A stretch of 64,000 nucleotides of DNA from an uncultured delta proteobacterium (GCA_963828255.1 CAWHDZ010000030.1:64001-128000); one strand, 5' to 3'. Shown: positions 1-10,875, counted from the stretch's first letter. Notes: generated by a model not told the origin, from the sequence alone. Made by a program: numbers and translations.

Positions 1-347
1 AGTACCCGGCGCCCGGTGCGGGGCGCCGCTCGAGGGACGCCCGCGCCGGCTGGGACGGCCCGGGCCGAAGGCGACGCGAACGCGCGCTTCGAGGGGAGCG
101 TCGGCGCGCCGCGGCGACGCCCCTCCACCAGGCGCCCGGGGCGCCTCGGCGCGGGCCGCCTCCGCAGCGCCTCATCGAAGTCCCCGGTCGGCGCGGCCCC
201 GAGGCGGATGCGTCGCCCTGTCGCCGCGACCACGCGTACCCCGGGGCGCGAGGACAAGCGGCGCGGAGACGAGGCGCACCCCCGGGCGCCGGCCGGCGCT
301 GGACGTCACCCGCTGCGCCGGCCGTCCCCCTGGATTACGCTCGTCTC

Positions 348-1151
348 ATGCTCCGCCGGACCTTTCAATTGACGAGTGGCATCGGCCCGTGGCGCGAGCG
401 CCAGCTCTGGTCGCAGGGCGTCGCCACCTGGGACGACCTGGAGGCACGCCGGGGCGCGGCCACGTCGCGGCTCGACGGGCGGCTCGTCGAGGCGGTGGCG
501 CGCGCACGGGAGGCGCTGGCCCGGTGCGACGCGGGGACGCTCGCGGCCATGATGCCGTCGCGCGAGCGGTGGAGGCTCCTCCCCACGTTCGCGGAGGACG
601 CGGCGTTCCTCGACATCGAGACCGACGGCGGCGACACCGTCACCGCGGTGGCCGTGCTCGATCGCTCCGGCCCGCGCGTCTTCCTGCGCGGCCGCGACCT
701 CGACGACTTCCCCGACGCGAGCCGGGGCTGGAAGCTCCTCGTCACCTTCAACGGCCTCTCCTTCGACGTGCCGGTGCTCCGACGCGCCTTCCCGGGCTGG
801 CGCCCGCCGCCGGCCCACGTCGACCTGCGCCACCTGTGGGCGCGGCTGGGTCACCGCGGAGGCCTGAAGCTCCTCGAGGAGGCGCAGGGCATCGGCCGTC
901 CGCAGCACCTGGCCGGCCTGGGGGGCTGGGACGCCGTGCTCCTCTGGCGCCGCCACGAGCAGGGTGACCGCGCCGCGCTCCGGCTCCTCGTCGAGTACAA
1001 CCTCCACGACGCCGTGAACCTTCAGGCGCTCGCCGCGCTCGGCTACAACCGGATCGTCGAGCGGCTGGGGCTCCCGGCCGCTCCGGTTCCCGTCACGCGC
1101 CGCGGCGACTGGCTCCTCGACATGTCCCGCCAGCTCCTCGCCCTCGGATGA
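348..1151 (+). CDS. RNase H-like (YprB/RNase_H_2) exonuclease-domain protein
   Basis: FLDIET, LVTFNG..FD, HVDL and YNxxD motifs typical of the YprB-like DEDD family. Confidence 0.8.
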   Translation: MLRRTFQLTSGIGPWRERQLWSQGVATWDDLEARRGAATSRLDGRLVEAVARAREALARCDAGTLAAMMPSRERWRLLPTFAEDAAFLDIETDGGDTVTAVAVLDRSGPRVFLRGRDLDDFPDASRGWKLLVTFNGLSFDVPVLRRAFPGWRPPPAHVDLRHLWARLGHRGGLKLLEEAQGIGRPQHLAGLGGWDAVLLWRRHEQGDRAALRLLVEYNLHDAVNLQALAALGYNRIVERLGLPAAPVPVTRRGDWLLDMSRQLLALG

Positions 1152-2164
1152 ACCCCGCCGCCCCGCTCCTGCTCGCCGCACTGGCGTCGGCCGCGGAGCC
1201 CCCCGCGCCGCCCCAGCCGCGCGACGAGGAGGGGCGCTTCCTCAACCTGGACCCGCGGGAGTCGCACGGGTTCGGCGACCTCCTCCGCTGGCAGATCCTG
1301 GACCGGATCGACGGGACCAAGCGCTCGAGCCCCGACCGGGCTCCCGTGCCCACCGTCGCGCCCGACCGGGAGCGGCTCCGCGAGCCGCCGGCGCGCGGCG
1401 AGGGGGCGCGGATCACCTGGCTCGGCCATGCCAGCTTCCTCGTCCAGCTGGACGGCGTTTCACTGCTCGTGGATCCGGTGCTCGGCGACCGGATGGGGCC
1501 GGGAGGCGTGGTGGGGCGCAACGTGCCGCCCGCGCTGCGCCCCGAGGAGCTTCCCCGCATCGACCTCTCCCTCGTCTCCCACGACCACTGGGACCACATG
1601 GACGTGCCCACCCTCCGCGCGGTCGGCGCGCCGGTGCTGGCCGGCCTGGAGACGGACGGCCCGCTGGCGCGGGAGAAGGTGGTCCACAGGGGGCTGCGCT
1701 GGTGGCAGTCGGTGAAGTTCCGCGGCGTGACCATCACCTTCGTCCCGGCGCAGCACTTCTCCGGGCGCGGCCTGGGCAACCGCGACCGCACCCTCTGGGG
1801 CGGATGGGTGATCCAGGGTCCGTCCGCGACGCTCTACCACTCCGGCGACACGGCCTACTTCTCCGGCTTCAAGGAGATCGCGCGCCGCTTCCCGGGGATC
1901 GACGTGGCCATGCTCCCCATCGGGGCCTACGACCCGCGCTGGTTCATGGAATCGGTCCACGTGGACCCCGAGCAGGCGGTGCAGGCCTTCGAGGACCTGG
2001 GCGCGCGCACCTTCGTGGCCATGCACTGGGGCACGTTCAAGCAGGCGGACGAGCCGCTCGACGAACCGCCCGTCCGGCTCGAGGCAGAACGGGTCCGCAG
2101 GTCCATCCCCCCGGAACGGATCCTGGTGCTGGCGATCGGCGAGACCCTGGAGGTCCGTCGCTGA
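1148..2164 (+). CDS. Secreted MBL-fold metallo-hydrolase (RomA/NAPE-PLD-like)
   Basis: Signal peptide; TWLGHAS, SHDHWDH, PAQHFSGR, GDTAY, PIGAY, MHWGTF motifs; ATGA overlap with the upstream gene. Confidence 0.85.
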   Translation: MNPAAPLLLAALASAAEPPAPPQPRDEEGRFLNLDPRESHGFGDLLRWQILDRIDGTKRSSPDRAPVPTVAPDRERLREPPARGEGARITWLGHASFLVQLDGVSLLVDPVLGDRMGPGGVVGRNVPPALRPEELPRIDLSLVSHDHWDHMDVPTLRAVGAPVLAGLETDGPLAREKVVHRGLRWWQSVKFRGVTITFVPAQHFSGRGLGNRDRTLWGGWVIQGPSATLYHSGDTAYFSGFKEIARRFPGIDVAMLPIGAYDPRWFMESVHVDPEQAVQAFEDLGARTFVAMHWGTFKQADEPLDEPPVRLEAERVRRSIPPERILVLAIGETLEVRR

Positions 2165-2330
2165 GGTCACGGGCTCGTCGGCCGCGCCCCAAAAGGGCCG
2201 CCCCCCGGGACCCACATTCACCTCCAGCAACGATTCCACCCGGGTGATGCGTCGCCGCCGGTTCGTCCGGGGGGCTACAATCGAAAGACGACCGTCGGCC
2301 TTCTCCGGCCGCGCTCGGAGAGGACCCCCC

Positions 2331-3776
2331 GTGCCCGACGCCCCGCAGCAGCTCCTGGCCGCATCCTTCGAACGCACCGTGGGTGATCGGTTGCTGGCCG
2401 CCGAGCGGCTCACCGCCTGGCTGCCCGAGATCCTGGGCGGCGCGCTCGAGAACGTGGACCTGGGCTACAGCCCGGCCACGCGTTCCTTCCTGGTGGTGGC
2501 GCGGACCCGGGGGCTCTCCGCCGAGGCCGAGGCCAGGTTTCACTACTGGTGCGCACGGGCCGGTGGGATGCCCTGGAACCTGACCACGGGCAGGGCCGAC
2601 GACCGCCGGATGCTCGAGGAGCGGGCCGCCCGCTGCGAGGTCCGGTCGGTGGAGGTCCCGGCCCGCAGCGTCCCCGACGCCGCCGCCCGGATCGCCAACG
2701 TGGCCGGGGCGCCCCCCGACCGCCGGGCCGCCTCCGACGCCCGACCCACCCTCTCCATGGACGCCGGGAGCGCCGCGTTCGCCGCGGTCACCTGGGACCC
2801 CGCCGTCCGCCGCCTCTTCATCCCCGGGGTGAGCGCACCGCCGCTGGGCGACGTGGTGAACGTCCTCCTGCGCGTCCCCCGCATGGACCGCCCCCTGGAG
2901 GCGAGCGCCCGCGTCGTCGAGGTCCGCGACGAGAAGGACGCGGCGCCCGGCAAGGCGGCCGGGTTCGGCCTCTCCTTCGAGGAGCTCCCGCCCATCCTGG
3001 CTGCGGCGCTGGCCACCCACGCCACGAGCATCCACGACCCGGGCGTGAACTTGCGCATCGCGCCCCGCTACACCGTGAATGCGCCGGTCAAGGTCAAGCC
3101 GGACGAGGGGCTCACCGCGCGCCTCGAGTACGCCAGGCCGGAGGAGTTCGCCGCCGACTACGTGGAGAACCTGTCGCAGGGAGGCGCTTTCGTCCGGACC
3201 AGCTCGGTCCTGCCCGAGGGGACGAAGCTCACCCTGGACATGCGGCTCCCCGGCGGCACCCAGCTCCGCGCCCCGGCGACGGTGATGTTCCGCAACCCCC
3301 GCGGCATGGGGGTGAAGATCGAGCTCGACGAGGACGGCCGGCAGAAGCTCGCGGCGGTCCTGGCCCGCATCGCGGCGCGGCCGCGCCGGGCCCTGGTGGT
3401 GGACGACGACGCGCTCATCCTGCGCGCCCTCACCGACTCGCTGCAGGCCCGCGGCTTCGAGGTGCTCACGGCCAGGGACGGGCAGGAGGGGTTGCAGGTC
3501 GTCGCCGACGAGCTGCTCACGCTCGACCTGCTCGTCACCGACGTCCGCATGCCGGTCATGGACGGAGAGAGATTCGTGCGCACCATCCGCGGCGCGGGCG
3601 GCGAGTCGGAGCTCGCCATCGTGGTCATCGCCGGGACGCTCGACGAGGCCCTGGAGAGGCGCATGGAGACGGCCGGCGCGGACGCCGTCCTCGACAAGGC
3701 CCTCGGCCCGGAGGACCTCGCCGCCGCAGCCGACGCCGCTCTGGAACGCAAGCGGCTCGTCGTGCCCCCCTCGTAG
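2331..3776 (+). CDS. PilZ (TIGR02266-like) domains plus C-terminal response-regulator receiver
   Basis: RIAPR (RxxxR) and NLSQGG PilZ motifs; VVDDD...TDVRMP..DG...K receiver; GTG start at 2331 after GAGAGGA (ORF track starts at 2244). Confidence 0.75.
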   Translation: MPDAPQQLLAASFERTVGDRLLAAERLTAWLPEILGGALENVDLGYSPATRSFLVVARTRGLSAEAEARFHYWCARAGGMPWNLTTGRADDRRMLEERAARCEVRSVEVPARSVPDAAARIANVAGAPPDRRAASDARPTLSMDAGSAAFAAVTWDPAVRRLFIPGVSAPPLGDVVNVLLRVPRMDRPLEASARVVEVRDEKDAAPGKAAGFGLSFEELPPILAAALATHATSIHDPGVNLRIAPRYTVNAPVKVKPDEGLTARLEYARPEEFAADYVENLSQGGAFVRTSSVLPEGTKLTLDMRLPGGTQLRAPATVMFRNPRGMGVKIELDEDGRQKLAAVLARIAARPRRALVVDDDALILRALTDSLQARGFEVLTARDGQEGLQVVADELLTLDLLVTDVRMPVMDGERFVRTIRGAGGESELAIVVIAGTLDEALERRMETAGADAVLDKALGPEDLAAAADAALERKRLVVPPS

Positions 3777-3809
3777 CGCCAAGCGGCCGCCGGGGCCCAA
3801 GCCAGCGGG

Positions 3810-5680
3810 TCACGGGCTGCAGGTTCCCGCGACGTCGATCGTGCCCGCCACGCCGGAGAGCCCGTCGCTTGCGCTCACCGAGAGTGCGCCGGCGGGCAGC
3901 CACGCTCCACAGGTCCAGCTGTTGCCGCACATGGTGAGGACCGGTTCGCAGGCCGCTCCCGCACAGGTCGCGGCCACCGCCGCCGCCGAGAGGCACCCGC
4001 CCGTCGCCGCCGTGGTGAGGTCGAGCGGGTCGCCGTCGTCGTCCACCACGACGGCGGTCGCCACCGAGGTCTGGACGAACCGCACCTCGTACTCGACGCA
4101 GGTCCCCCGCGGCAGCCCCTCGGTGCAGCAGATGGTCCGGTCGGGAACGCAGGGCATCATCAGCGAGATGCCTTGGGCGGCGAGGTGCGGGGGGCGGTTG
4201 CGGATCTCGAGGCGTGTCTCCTGGGACGGGCCGGCCACGAACGGGTCGGCCGCCGTCGCCGCCAGGGTGTGGACGCCGACGAGCTTGCCGGGGTCTGGAC
4301 GCCCGGTGAACGGCGTGCTGCAGGTGACCCAGGCCGTGCCCTGCCGCTCCACCACCTCGGTGCAGGCCGGGTCGCCTCCGACCGAGGGGAGCAGCGGGTC
4401 GCCGTCGTCGTCCACCCAGGTGGAGAGCGCAGCCTGGGCCGCGTAACGCTGGAACGGGTCCTCGTACCCGTGGTCCACCGACACGGTCGCCACGGCGACG
4501 GCGAGGCGCGGGGGGCGGTTCGTCACCTCCACGTCCCAGCCGGCCGAGGCGCGGGCGCCGTTCGCGTCTGCGACGATCAGTTCCACCCTTCGTGAAACAC
4601 CTGGGCCGATGAGGAGCCCGGCGTCCGACGGCTTCGCGAAGGGCACGACCACGGTGACGCGCGCGTGGTCGCCGAGCCCCTGCACGTCGAGGACGCTCCC
4701 GCCGTCGCCAGAGCGGCTGGAGGTGAACCCCAGCGGGGTCACCGGGTCCCCGTCCGGGTCGCTCCAGGTGGCGACGGGGGTTTCGCCGGTGGCCACGAAC
4801 CGGGCCGAGGCTGCGTCGTAGCCGTGCGGCAGGAGGACCCGGCCGCCTCCCGAGAGGACCGGCGGGCGGTTCCCCACGTCCACCCGCTGACGCCCGACCG
4901 CCACCATGCCGCGGGAGTCGGTCGCAGCCACCACGAATGTGTACCGGCCGGAGATGGCCGTTCCCGAGGTCTCGATCCGGACGGCCGGCTCGGCCGAGGT
5001 GTCGTCGGGGGAGAAGGTGATCCGCGGGACTGGCTGCTGCGCCAGTTCCGGGGGAGCTCGACCGTCCAGCGGTAGGTGAAGGTGACGCCGGACGGGCCGG
5101 AGCCCGCGGCCGCGAGCCCCACCTCCGCCGAGACTCCGTCCCAGGGGGTGCAGGAGATTGGCGTTCCACCGCAGCGGTGCCCGGTCGAGCCGTCGAGCCC
5201 GGCGGTGAGGAGCGGAGGGTCGAGGGTGGGCTCGACGCGCAGCCGGAGCGTCCGCACCGCGCTCGGGAGCCCCATCGAATCCACGACGCCGAGGGAGATC
5301 TCGTGATCGCCGGCGCAGGGGAAGACCACCGAGAAGTCGGCGCTGGCGCCCGTGCCCGGGAGCGGTTCGCAGCCGGTGGAGCCGGCCGGCGGCGTGGCCT
5401 TCCAGGACCAGGCGGCGATGCTGTCACCCGGGTCGTCGTCCTGGCTGCCCGTTCCGCGGAAGAGGAGCGGCCGGTTCGAGCCCGCCGTGGAGGGGGGATC
5501 GATCACGGCGACGGGGGGCGCGTTGGCGACGCAGCTCCCCGATCGGCACCAGGAACCGGAAGGGCAGGGAGTGGAGGCCGAGCAGGCCGCCGGGGAGGGC
5601 AGATCACCGCACCCCGCCAGGACGAGCGCGAACGTCACGAACACGAGAGGGGCGCGCAGTCGCGCCAGGCAGGTGCCCAC
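3810..5680 (-). pseudogene. Cys-rich lipoprotein with PKD/Ig-like repeats, split by a 1-nt frameshift (possible sequencing error)
   Basis: Lipobox LAGC. The N-terminal part lies in the frame of ORF 4739..6193 and the C-terminal part in ORF 3810..4934; one extra base in the G5 run at 5050-5054 joins them. Repeated NRPP...DxDGDP modules. Confidence 0.7.
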
Positions 5681-5929
5681 TGGGTACCCCTTTTGGAGGT
5701 GTAGGAGGAAGTGTTTAGTATGGAGCCGACGCCGCGTCACGGCCGACAGATGCGAAAGCCATTCCGAGCCATTTCCCCGATGCGGACAGGGGACGACCCG
5801 GTCGCCCCCGTGCGAGGCGCGGACTTCGGGTCCGCGGTGCGGACGGTCGAGGCGCCGGACCGGCCCGGAACCGGGGCCAGTCCCGATCGCACGCCGATTG
5901 CATCCGGTATCGGCGGGAATCGCACTGGA

Positions 5930-6919
5930 ATGCTCGGGACCGTCCTCGCCCTGCTCCTCGCCACGTCGGCGGCAGCCGCCGCGCCGCCACCTGTCCCCTC
6001 GCCGTTCCCCGACCTCGAGGCCGCCCACGTGGCCGCCGAGGCGGCGGTCCGTTCCGGGGACTACCGCTCCGCCGCGGCCCGATACCGCGACGTCCTGGCC
6101 GACCTCGAATCGCGCCGGGCCGTGGACGCGCCCGAGGCCGAGTGGACGCGAACGCTCCTGAAGCTCGCCGTCGTCGAGTCCACGCTCGGTCACGCGGAAG
6201 CCTCCCGCACCGCCATGGAGCGGGTCCTCGCGCTCGACCCCGCCTTCCGGCTCGATCCCGAGCTCTTCTCGCCGGCCTTCCGGCGCGAGTTCGAGGCGGC
6301 CCGCGGCCGGGTCGCGCTGCGGCCGCGCTTCCGCCTCCTCGTGACGACGCGCGACGGCTCGGGACAGGGGTACGTTCAGGGGCGGCCGCTCGGCCCGGTG
6401 CCGGTGGAGGCCCGGCTCCCGGCCGGAAGCTACCGGGTGGGCGTCCAGGCCGGGAGCGAGGTGCGCACCCTCACGGTGGATCTCGCGCGCGACGAGACCG
6501 TGATCGTGGACGCCACCGTTCCACCCCCCACCTTGGCAGGAGCAGCTGCGCCGAAGGCTCCTCCCGTGACGCCGGTCGCCGCGGAGCCATCCCCGGCCGA
6601 CGGGTGGGTGCGCCCGGCTGCCTGGGCCACCACCGGGCTCGCGGTGGCGGCGGCGGGAATCGCCACCTGGCAGGGGATCGCGGCGGCCGGGTCCTACGCG
6701 GACGCGACCGGGATGCTCCAGCCCGACGGTTCGCTCAAGCCGGGAGTCGATCCGGCCGCCTACGCAGCCGCGGCCTCCGCCTACCAGTCGGAACGTCGCA
6801 ACGCCTGGATCGCCGGGGGGAGCGCGCTCGTCCTCGGAGTGGGGGCCACGGTGCTGTGGCTGCTCGTCCCGTCGTCAGCGGTGGAACCCGCTCCGGGGGG
6901 GCTGGCCGTCCGCTTCTAG
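5930..6919 (+). CDS. Secreted TPR + PEGA-like protein with C-terminal hydrophobic segments (myxobacterial type)
   Basis: Signal peptide; TPR-like helices with ALDPAFRLDPELFSP; PEGA-like PVEARLPAGSYRV. Confidence 0.65.
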   Translation: MLGTVLALLLATSAAAAAPPPVPSPFPDLEAAHVAAEAAVRSGDYRSAAARYRDVLADLESRRAVDAPEAEWTRTLLKLAVVESTLGHAEASRTAMERVLALDPAFRLDPELFSPAFRREFEAARGRVALRPRFRLLVTTRDGSGQGYVQGRPLGPVPVEARLPAGSYRVGVQAGSEVRTLTVDLARDETVIVDATVPPPTLAGAAAPKAPPVTPVAAEPSPADGWVRPAAWATTGLAVAAAGIATWQGIAAAGSYADATGMLQPDGSLKPGVDPAAYAAAASAYQSERRNAWIAGGSALVLGVGATVLWLLVPSSAVEPAPGGLAVRF

Positions 6920-8209
6920 CCGGGGCATCGCCGACGCCGGGGGGAGGGCCCCCTTCGCGGCAGCGAGCCCCTCCTCGAGAACCCGGGACAGCTCAGGCCC
7001 GAGGTAGGTTCTCTTCGCCTCGCCGGCGCGGGCCCGGACTCCCTCCGCGGTCTCCACGTACCCGACGTAGTCGCCGACGAGCGACACCACCTCGGCGCCC
7101 GGGCCGAGCGCGCTGCGCCAGGCGCTCCCCACGGCCTCGCCCGGCTCGGCGGGAACCGCGAGGAGCGTGGCCGGTCCGATCCGCAGCGCGACGACGCCGG
7201 TCCGCTCGGGCAGCCAGTTCCAGAGGAGGTTCGAGAGAAGACGGTCCAGGAAGGGTGGAACCGCTCCGAACGACGGAGCCGGCAGGGAGACCTCCGCCGC
7301 GGCGGCCGCCAGCTCCGGCATTGCGTCACCTGGAGGGAAGGGGAGCCTCCGGACCTCGTCGGCGACGAGCCGTCCGTAGGCCAGCTGGGGTGGACCGCCC
7401 TGCGGAGCCGGGAGCACCCAGGTCTGGTCCCCCACCGCGCCTTGCATGAAGACCGTCACGCCGGAAAGTTCCCGGGCCAGCACACCCGGCCACTCGCCGG
7501 AGAGGAGCCGGTTCCGGCTCGCGCGCGTCGTGGCGTGGGCGGGGAAGACGACCAGCTGCCCCACCACCTCCCCGCCGGGGCGCTCGACACGGACGACGAG
7601 CAGGTGCCCACCGGCCGCTCCCCCGTCCCGGTTGCGGACGAGATCCTCCCGCCGGGAGCTGGCCACCGCGATCTTCGCCGGGGCCCTCGCCGCCCAGGCC
7701 GCGCGGATCGCGCCGGCGATGCTCCCTGCCAGCGCGTCCTCGGTCGCCGGGTCGTACGGGCCCGTGCCGAATCGGGCGCCGAGCAGGTCGTCCCAGAAGC
7801 CGCCCGGGCCGGAGTGGGTGTGGGTCGCGGCCAGGAGGATCGCGTCGAGCCGGAGGTCGCCGAGCCGGGCCTCGACCTTGCGGCGCAGCGCCGCCGGGAC
7901 GAGCAGGACGTCCACCGACGCGATCGCGACCGAGAGGCCGGGCTCGCCGAGGACGATGGCCCGGGCCATGGGCTCGTCCTCCACCCCCTCGCTCGCGTAA
8001 CGGAAGCGCGGATAGCCCCCGATCGGGATCCCCGGGGGGGTGGGGAGGGGGACGGCGGCGGCGCCGGCCGAGAGCGGTCCCGCCCCGCGGGCAGCCCACG
8101 CCACGCGCGGCGCTTCCGGTTCCCGTGACCCGCGAACCGGAAAAATGGCGAGAATCAGGAGGGTTGCGCCGATGGCGGCCAAGGTCCACGCGGTGAGCCT
8201 TTTCAGCAC
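6875..8209 (-). CDS. Neutral/alkaline ceramidase N-terminal domain protein
   Basis: [26 protein letters not shown] motifs within ORF 6875..9505; GTG start at 8209, divergent from purF. Confidence 0.75.
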   Translation of the reverse strand: MLKRLTAWTLAAIGATLLILAIFPVRGSREPEAPRVAWAARGAGPLSAGAAAVPLPTPPGIPIGGYPRFRYASEGVEDEPMARAIVLGEPGLSVAIASVDVLLVPAALRRKVEARLGDLRLDAILLAATHTHSGPGGFWDDLLGARFGTGPYDPATEDALAGSIAGAIRAAWAARAPAKIAVASSRREDLVRNRDGGAAGGHLLVVRVERPGGEVVGQLVVFPAHATTRASRNRLLSGEWPGVLARELSGVTVFMQGAVGDQTWVLPAPQGGPPQLAYGRLVADEVRRLPFPPGDAMPELAAAAAEVSLPAPSFGAVPPFLDRLLSNLLWNWLPERTGVVALRIGPATLLAVPAEPGEAVGSAWRSALGPGAEVVSLVGDYVGYVETAEGVRARAGEAKRTYLGPELSRVLEEGLAAAKGALPPASAMPRLEADGQPPRSGFHR

Positions 8210-8233
8210 CCAACCGTTATACTGCGGCGCCTC

Positions 8234-9688
8234 ATGGGATACGACGCAGCGTTCGACAAGCTCAAGGACGAGTGCGGGGTCTTCGGGATCTGGGCGCTCG
8301 GGGGCGACCTCGACGCCGCCAACTTCACCTACCTCGGCCTTCACGCGCTCCAGCACCGGGGCCAGGAGTCGGCCGGCATCGTGGCCACGGACGGCAAGAC
8401 CCTGCACGTGCACCGGGGCATGGGGCTCGTCGCCGACATCTTCACCGCCCCGGTCCTCGAGACGCTGAAGGGCGGGGCGGCCATCGGCCACGTCCGCTAC
8501 TCGACCGCGGGCGCGAGTCATCTGAAAAACGCCCAGCCCATCGCCATCCAGTACTCCGGTGGCGCCCTCGCCCTGGCCCACAACGGCAACCTGGTCAACG
8601 CCGAGCAGTTGCGCAACGACCTCGAGGCGGCCGGCTCCATCTTCCAGACCACGAGCGACACCGAGGTCCTGGTCCACCTCATGGCCCGGGCCCGCACCGA
8701 GCACCGCCCGGGGACGCGGGAGCACCTGCTGGCCGCGCTTCGCCAGGCCCTCGGGAAGGTGCAGGGGGCCTACAGCCTGGTGCTCCTCACCGAGAAGGCG
8801 CTCGTCGGGGTCCGCGACCCCATGGGCTTCCGCCCGCTCGTCATCGGGAGGCTGAAGGGCAGCTACGTGCTGGCCAGCGAGACCACCGCGCTCGACCTCA
8901 TCGAGGCCGAGTACATCCGCGAGGTCGAGCCGGGCGAGCTGGTGGTCATCGACGAGACCGGCTTCCACGCCGAGCGGCTCTTCACCACCCCCGCCCCGGA
9001 GCGGAGCGGTCGATGCGTCTTCGAGCACATCTACTTCGCGCGCCCCGACTCGGTGCTCTTCGGAAGGTCGGTCTACGCCACCCGCGACGCCTTCGGGGCC
9101 CGCCTCGCCGCCGAGCAGCCCGCCGATGCCGACCTGGTCATCCCGGTGCCCGACTCGGGCGTGCCGGCCGCCATCGGCTACTCCAAGGCGAGCGGCATCC
9201 CATTCGCCATGGGGCTGGTCCGCTCCCACTACGTGGGGCGCACCTTCATCGAGCCGGCCCAGTCCATCCGCCACTTCGGCGTGAAGCTGAAGCTGAACGC
9301 CGTGAAGGACATGCTGAAGGGCAAGCGGCTCGTCGTGGTGGACGATTCGGTGGTGCGCGGCACCACCTCCCGCAAGATCGTGAAGATGCTGCGCAACGCC
9401 GGGGCCACCGAGGTGCACATGCGCATCTCGTCGCCGCCCACCGCCTGGCCCTGCTACTACGGCATCGACACGCCCAACCGGCAGGAACTCATCGCCAGCT
9501 CGCACAGCGTCGAGGAGATCGCCCGCTACATCACCGCCGACTCGCTCGGCTACCTGTCACCCGACGGGCTCTACGCGGCGCTCGGCGAGGACCGGTCGCG
9601 CTACTGCGACGCCTGCTTCTCCGGCGACTACCTGATCGAGTTCCCCAAGTCGAGGCCGCAGGCCCCGCTCCGGCTCGTGGGGGCGTGA
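8234..9688 (+). CDS. purF: Amidophosphoribosyltransferase
   Basis: [42 protein letters not shown]. Confidence 0.98.
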   Translation: MGYDAAFDKLKDECGVFGIWALGGDLDAANFTYLGLHALQHRGQESAGIVATDGKTLHVHRGMGLVADIFTAPVLETLKGGAAIGHVRYSTAGASHLKNAQPIAIQYSGGALALAHNGNLVNAEQLRNDLEAAGSIFQTTSDTEVLVHLMARARTEHRPGTREHLLAALRQALGKVQGAYSLVLLTEKALVGVRDPMGFRPLVIGRLKGSYVLASETTALDLIEAEYIREVEPGELVVIDETGFHAERLFTTPAPERSGRCVFEHIYFARPDSVLFGRSVYATRDAFGARLAAEQPADADLVIPVPDSGVPAAIGYSKASGIPFAMGLVRSHYVGRTFIEPAQSIRHFGVKLKLNAVKDMLKGKRLVVVDDSVVRGTTSRKIVKMLRNAGATEVHMRISSPPTAWPCYYGIDTPNRQELIASSHSVEEIARYITADSLGYLSPDGLYAALGEDRSRYCDACFSGDYLIEFPKSRPQAPLRLVGA

Positions 9689-9708
9689 GGCCGGACCGTC
9701 CGTGCGGG

Positions 9709-10089
9709 TCAGGCGAGTCGCAGCGGGAGGTGCCGCGCCATCCGTGCGAAGACGCCGTCCTCGGTGAGCAGCGCCCCGCCGAGGTCGAGCGTGCACTGCG
9801 CCACGTGGGCGTCGGGCGTGGAGACCGACAGTCCCTTCACCGCCAGTGATCTCCGCAGCCGTCCGACCCGGAACCAGTGGTCCCGGTCGGCCGCGCAGAG
9901 GGGAAGATCGGAGAGGAGCTCCTCCAGCGCGCGGCGCTGGCGCGGGACCAGCCTGCCGGAGAGCAGCTCCGCGGCGACGACCGGCGGGAGGTGCGCGCGC
10001 CCCTCCCCGAGCGCCTCCTCCAGGAGGTCTCCCTCGCCTCGCCCGAGGTAGGTGACCCAGCTCGAGGTGTCAACGACGAGCGCGCTCAC
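9709..10089 (-). CDS. vapC: PIN-domain toxin (VapC)
   Basis: VVDTS, AELLSG, PDAHVA, LLTED PIN acidic residues; 126 aa. Confidence 0.85.
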   Translation of the reverse strand: MSALVVDTSSWVTYLGRGEGDLLEEALGEGRAHLPPVVAAELLSGRLVPRQRRALEELLSDLPLCAADRDHWFRVGRLRRSLAVKGLSVSTPDAHVAQCTLDLGGALLTEDGVFARMARHLPLRLA

Positions 10090-10306
10090 GCGAGACCTCC
10101 AGATCGAGATCGAGCCTGAGCTTGCCGCGAAGCGCCCGCGCCCTCTTCGCGGCGGCCGAGCGGCGGACCATCTCCAGCCCGATCGTGAGGGTCTCGGTGA
10201 TCCCCTCGCCGGTGACCGAGCAAGCCTTGCGGAGGAGATCGGAATCGAGGTTCGCGGTGATCCGGCGCGTGCCGGGCGGGGAGGCGATGGCCATATGTGC
10301 GTTCAT
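10070..10306 (-). CDS. vapB: VapB-type antitoxin
   Basis: Small basic protein (RITANLDSDLL...LRGKL) overlapping the vapC start; true start may be the ATG at 10294. Confidence 0.7.
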   Translation of the reverse strand: MNAHMAIASPPGTRRITANLDSDLLRKACSVTGEGITETLTIGLEMVRRSAAAKRARALRGKLRLDLDLEVSRERARR

Positions 10307-10322
10307 ACCGAAATATGAATGC
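10299..10322. promoter_or_regulatory. Palindromic operator upstream of vapBC
   Basis: GCGTTCATA-ccgaaa-TATGAATGC, an 8/9 inverted repeat in an AT-rich patch at the antitoxin start. Confidence 0.55.
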
Positions 10323-10352
10323 AGGCGCCATGCCCAGCGGGCCCAGAAAATC

Positions 10353-10396
10353 GAAGCCGGCGGCCCGGGATTCAGGGGTCCCGGACGGCCGGCTTC
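10353..10396. terminator. Intrinsic terminator-like hairpin after small-protein gene 1
   Basis: GAAGCCGGC...GCCGGCTTC stem with AAAA shortly before and TTT after. Confidence 0.6.
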
Positions 10397-10433
10397 TTTC
10401 GCCCCGTGACCGGGGCCACTGCCTCCCAGGGAT

Positions 10434-10628
10434 CTACCCGTGGTTGACGGCCGCGGAAGCCGCCGAGGCCACCGGCCGGTCCAGGGAGGCGGTGCGGTGA
10501 GACGTCGAGATCTGGACGACGAAGGCGCCGAGGACGAGGGCGAGGAAGCTGACCACGAAGAGGTCCTTCCAGCCGCGTCCCTTGCCGAGCTTGCCGAAGT
10601 GGATCGTGTTCTGGATCTGGGTCGTCAT
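10434..10628 (-). CDS. 64-aa single-TM small protein, paralog 1
   Basis: MTTQIQNTIHF...GWKDLFVVSFLALVLGAFVVQIS; GGAG RBS; paralogous to 10955..11146. Confidence 0.75.
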   Translation of the reverse strand: MTTQIQNTIHFGKLGKGRGWKDLFVVSFLALVLGAFVVQISTSHRTASLDRPVASAASAAVNHG

Positions 10629-10674
10629 GGCGCTCTCCGTTCCGCGTCTGGGTCCTGCACTCCGTACGCAGTCC

Positions 10675-10701
10675 TGGAGGCGCGATTTCGGAACATGTGA
10701 C
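10675..10701 (-). promoter_or_regulatory. Bipartite promoter-like motif GTCACA-N14-GCCTCCA (copy 1)
   Basis: Same motif, spacer length and 46-nt distance to ATG as copy 2. Confidence 0.6.
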
Positions 10702-10763
10702 GGCCGAAGGGTGGAACCTGGCGTGATCCGGAAAAAGACGAGGCACTGCGGCATGTTGGCCGG

Positions 10764-10875
10764 GTGAACCCCGGCTTCAAAGATCTGCTCGCCGCGTCGA
10801 ACGCCGAGGGAGCCGAGGTCCTCCTCGTCGGGGGCCATTCACTCGCCGTGCATGCCACGCCGCGCTTCACCTCCC
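10764..10875 (+). pseudogene. N-terminal remnant of a nucleotidyltransferase-like gene
   Basis: (M)NPGFKDLLAASNAEGAEVLLVGGHSLAVHATPRFT resembles the VGGxAxxxHxxPRxT start of minimal nucleotidyltransferases; similarity ends before the expected DxD. Confidence 0.5.

Noticed and set aside
1..347. Arg/Pro-rich ORF 16..372
   Set aside because: Low-complexity translation in all frames; no supportable call
5887..5902. TCGCAC-N5-TTGCA upstream of the PEGA gene as a sigma-54 promoter
   Set aside because: Lacks the invariant GG at -25/-24
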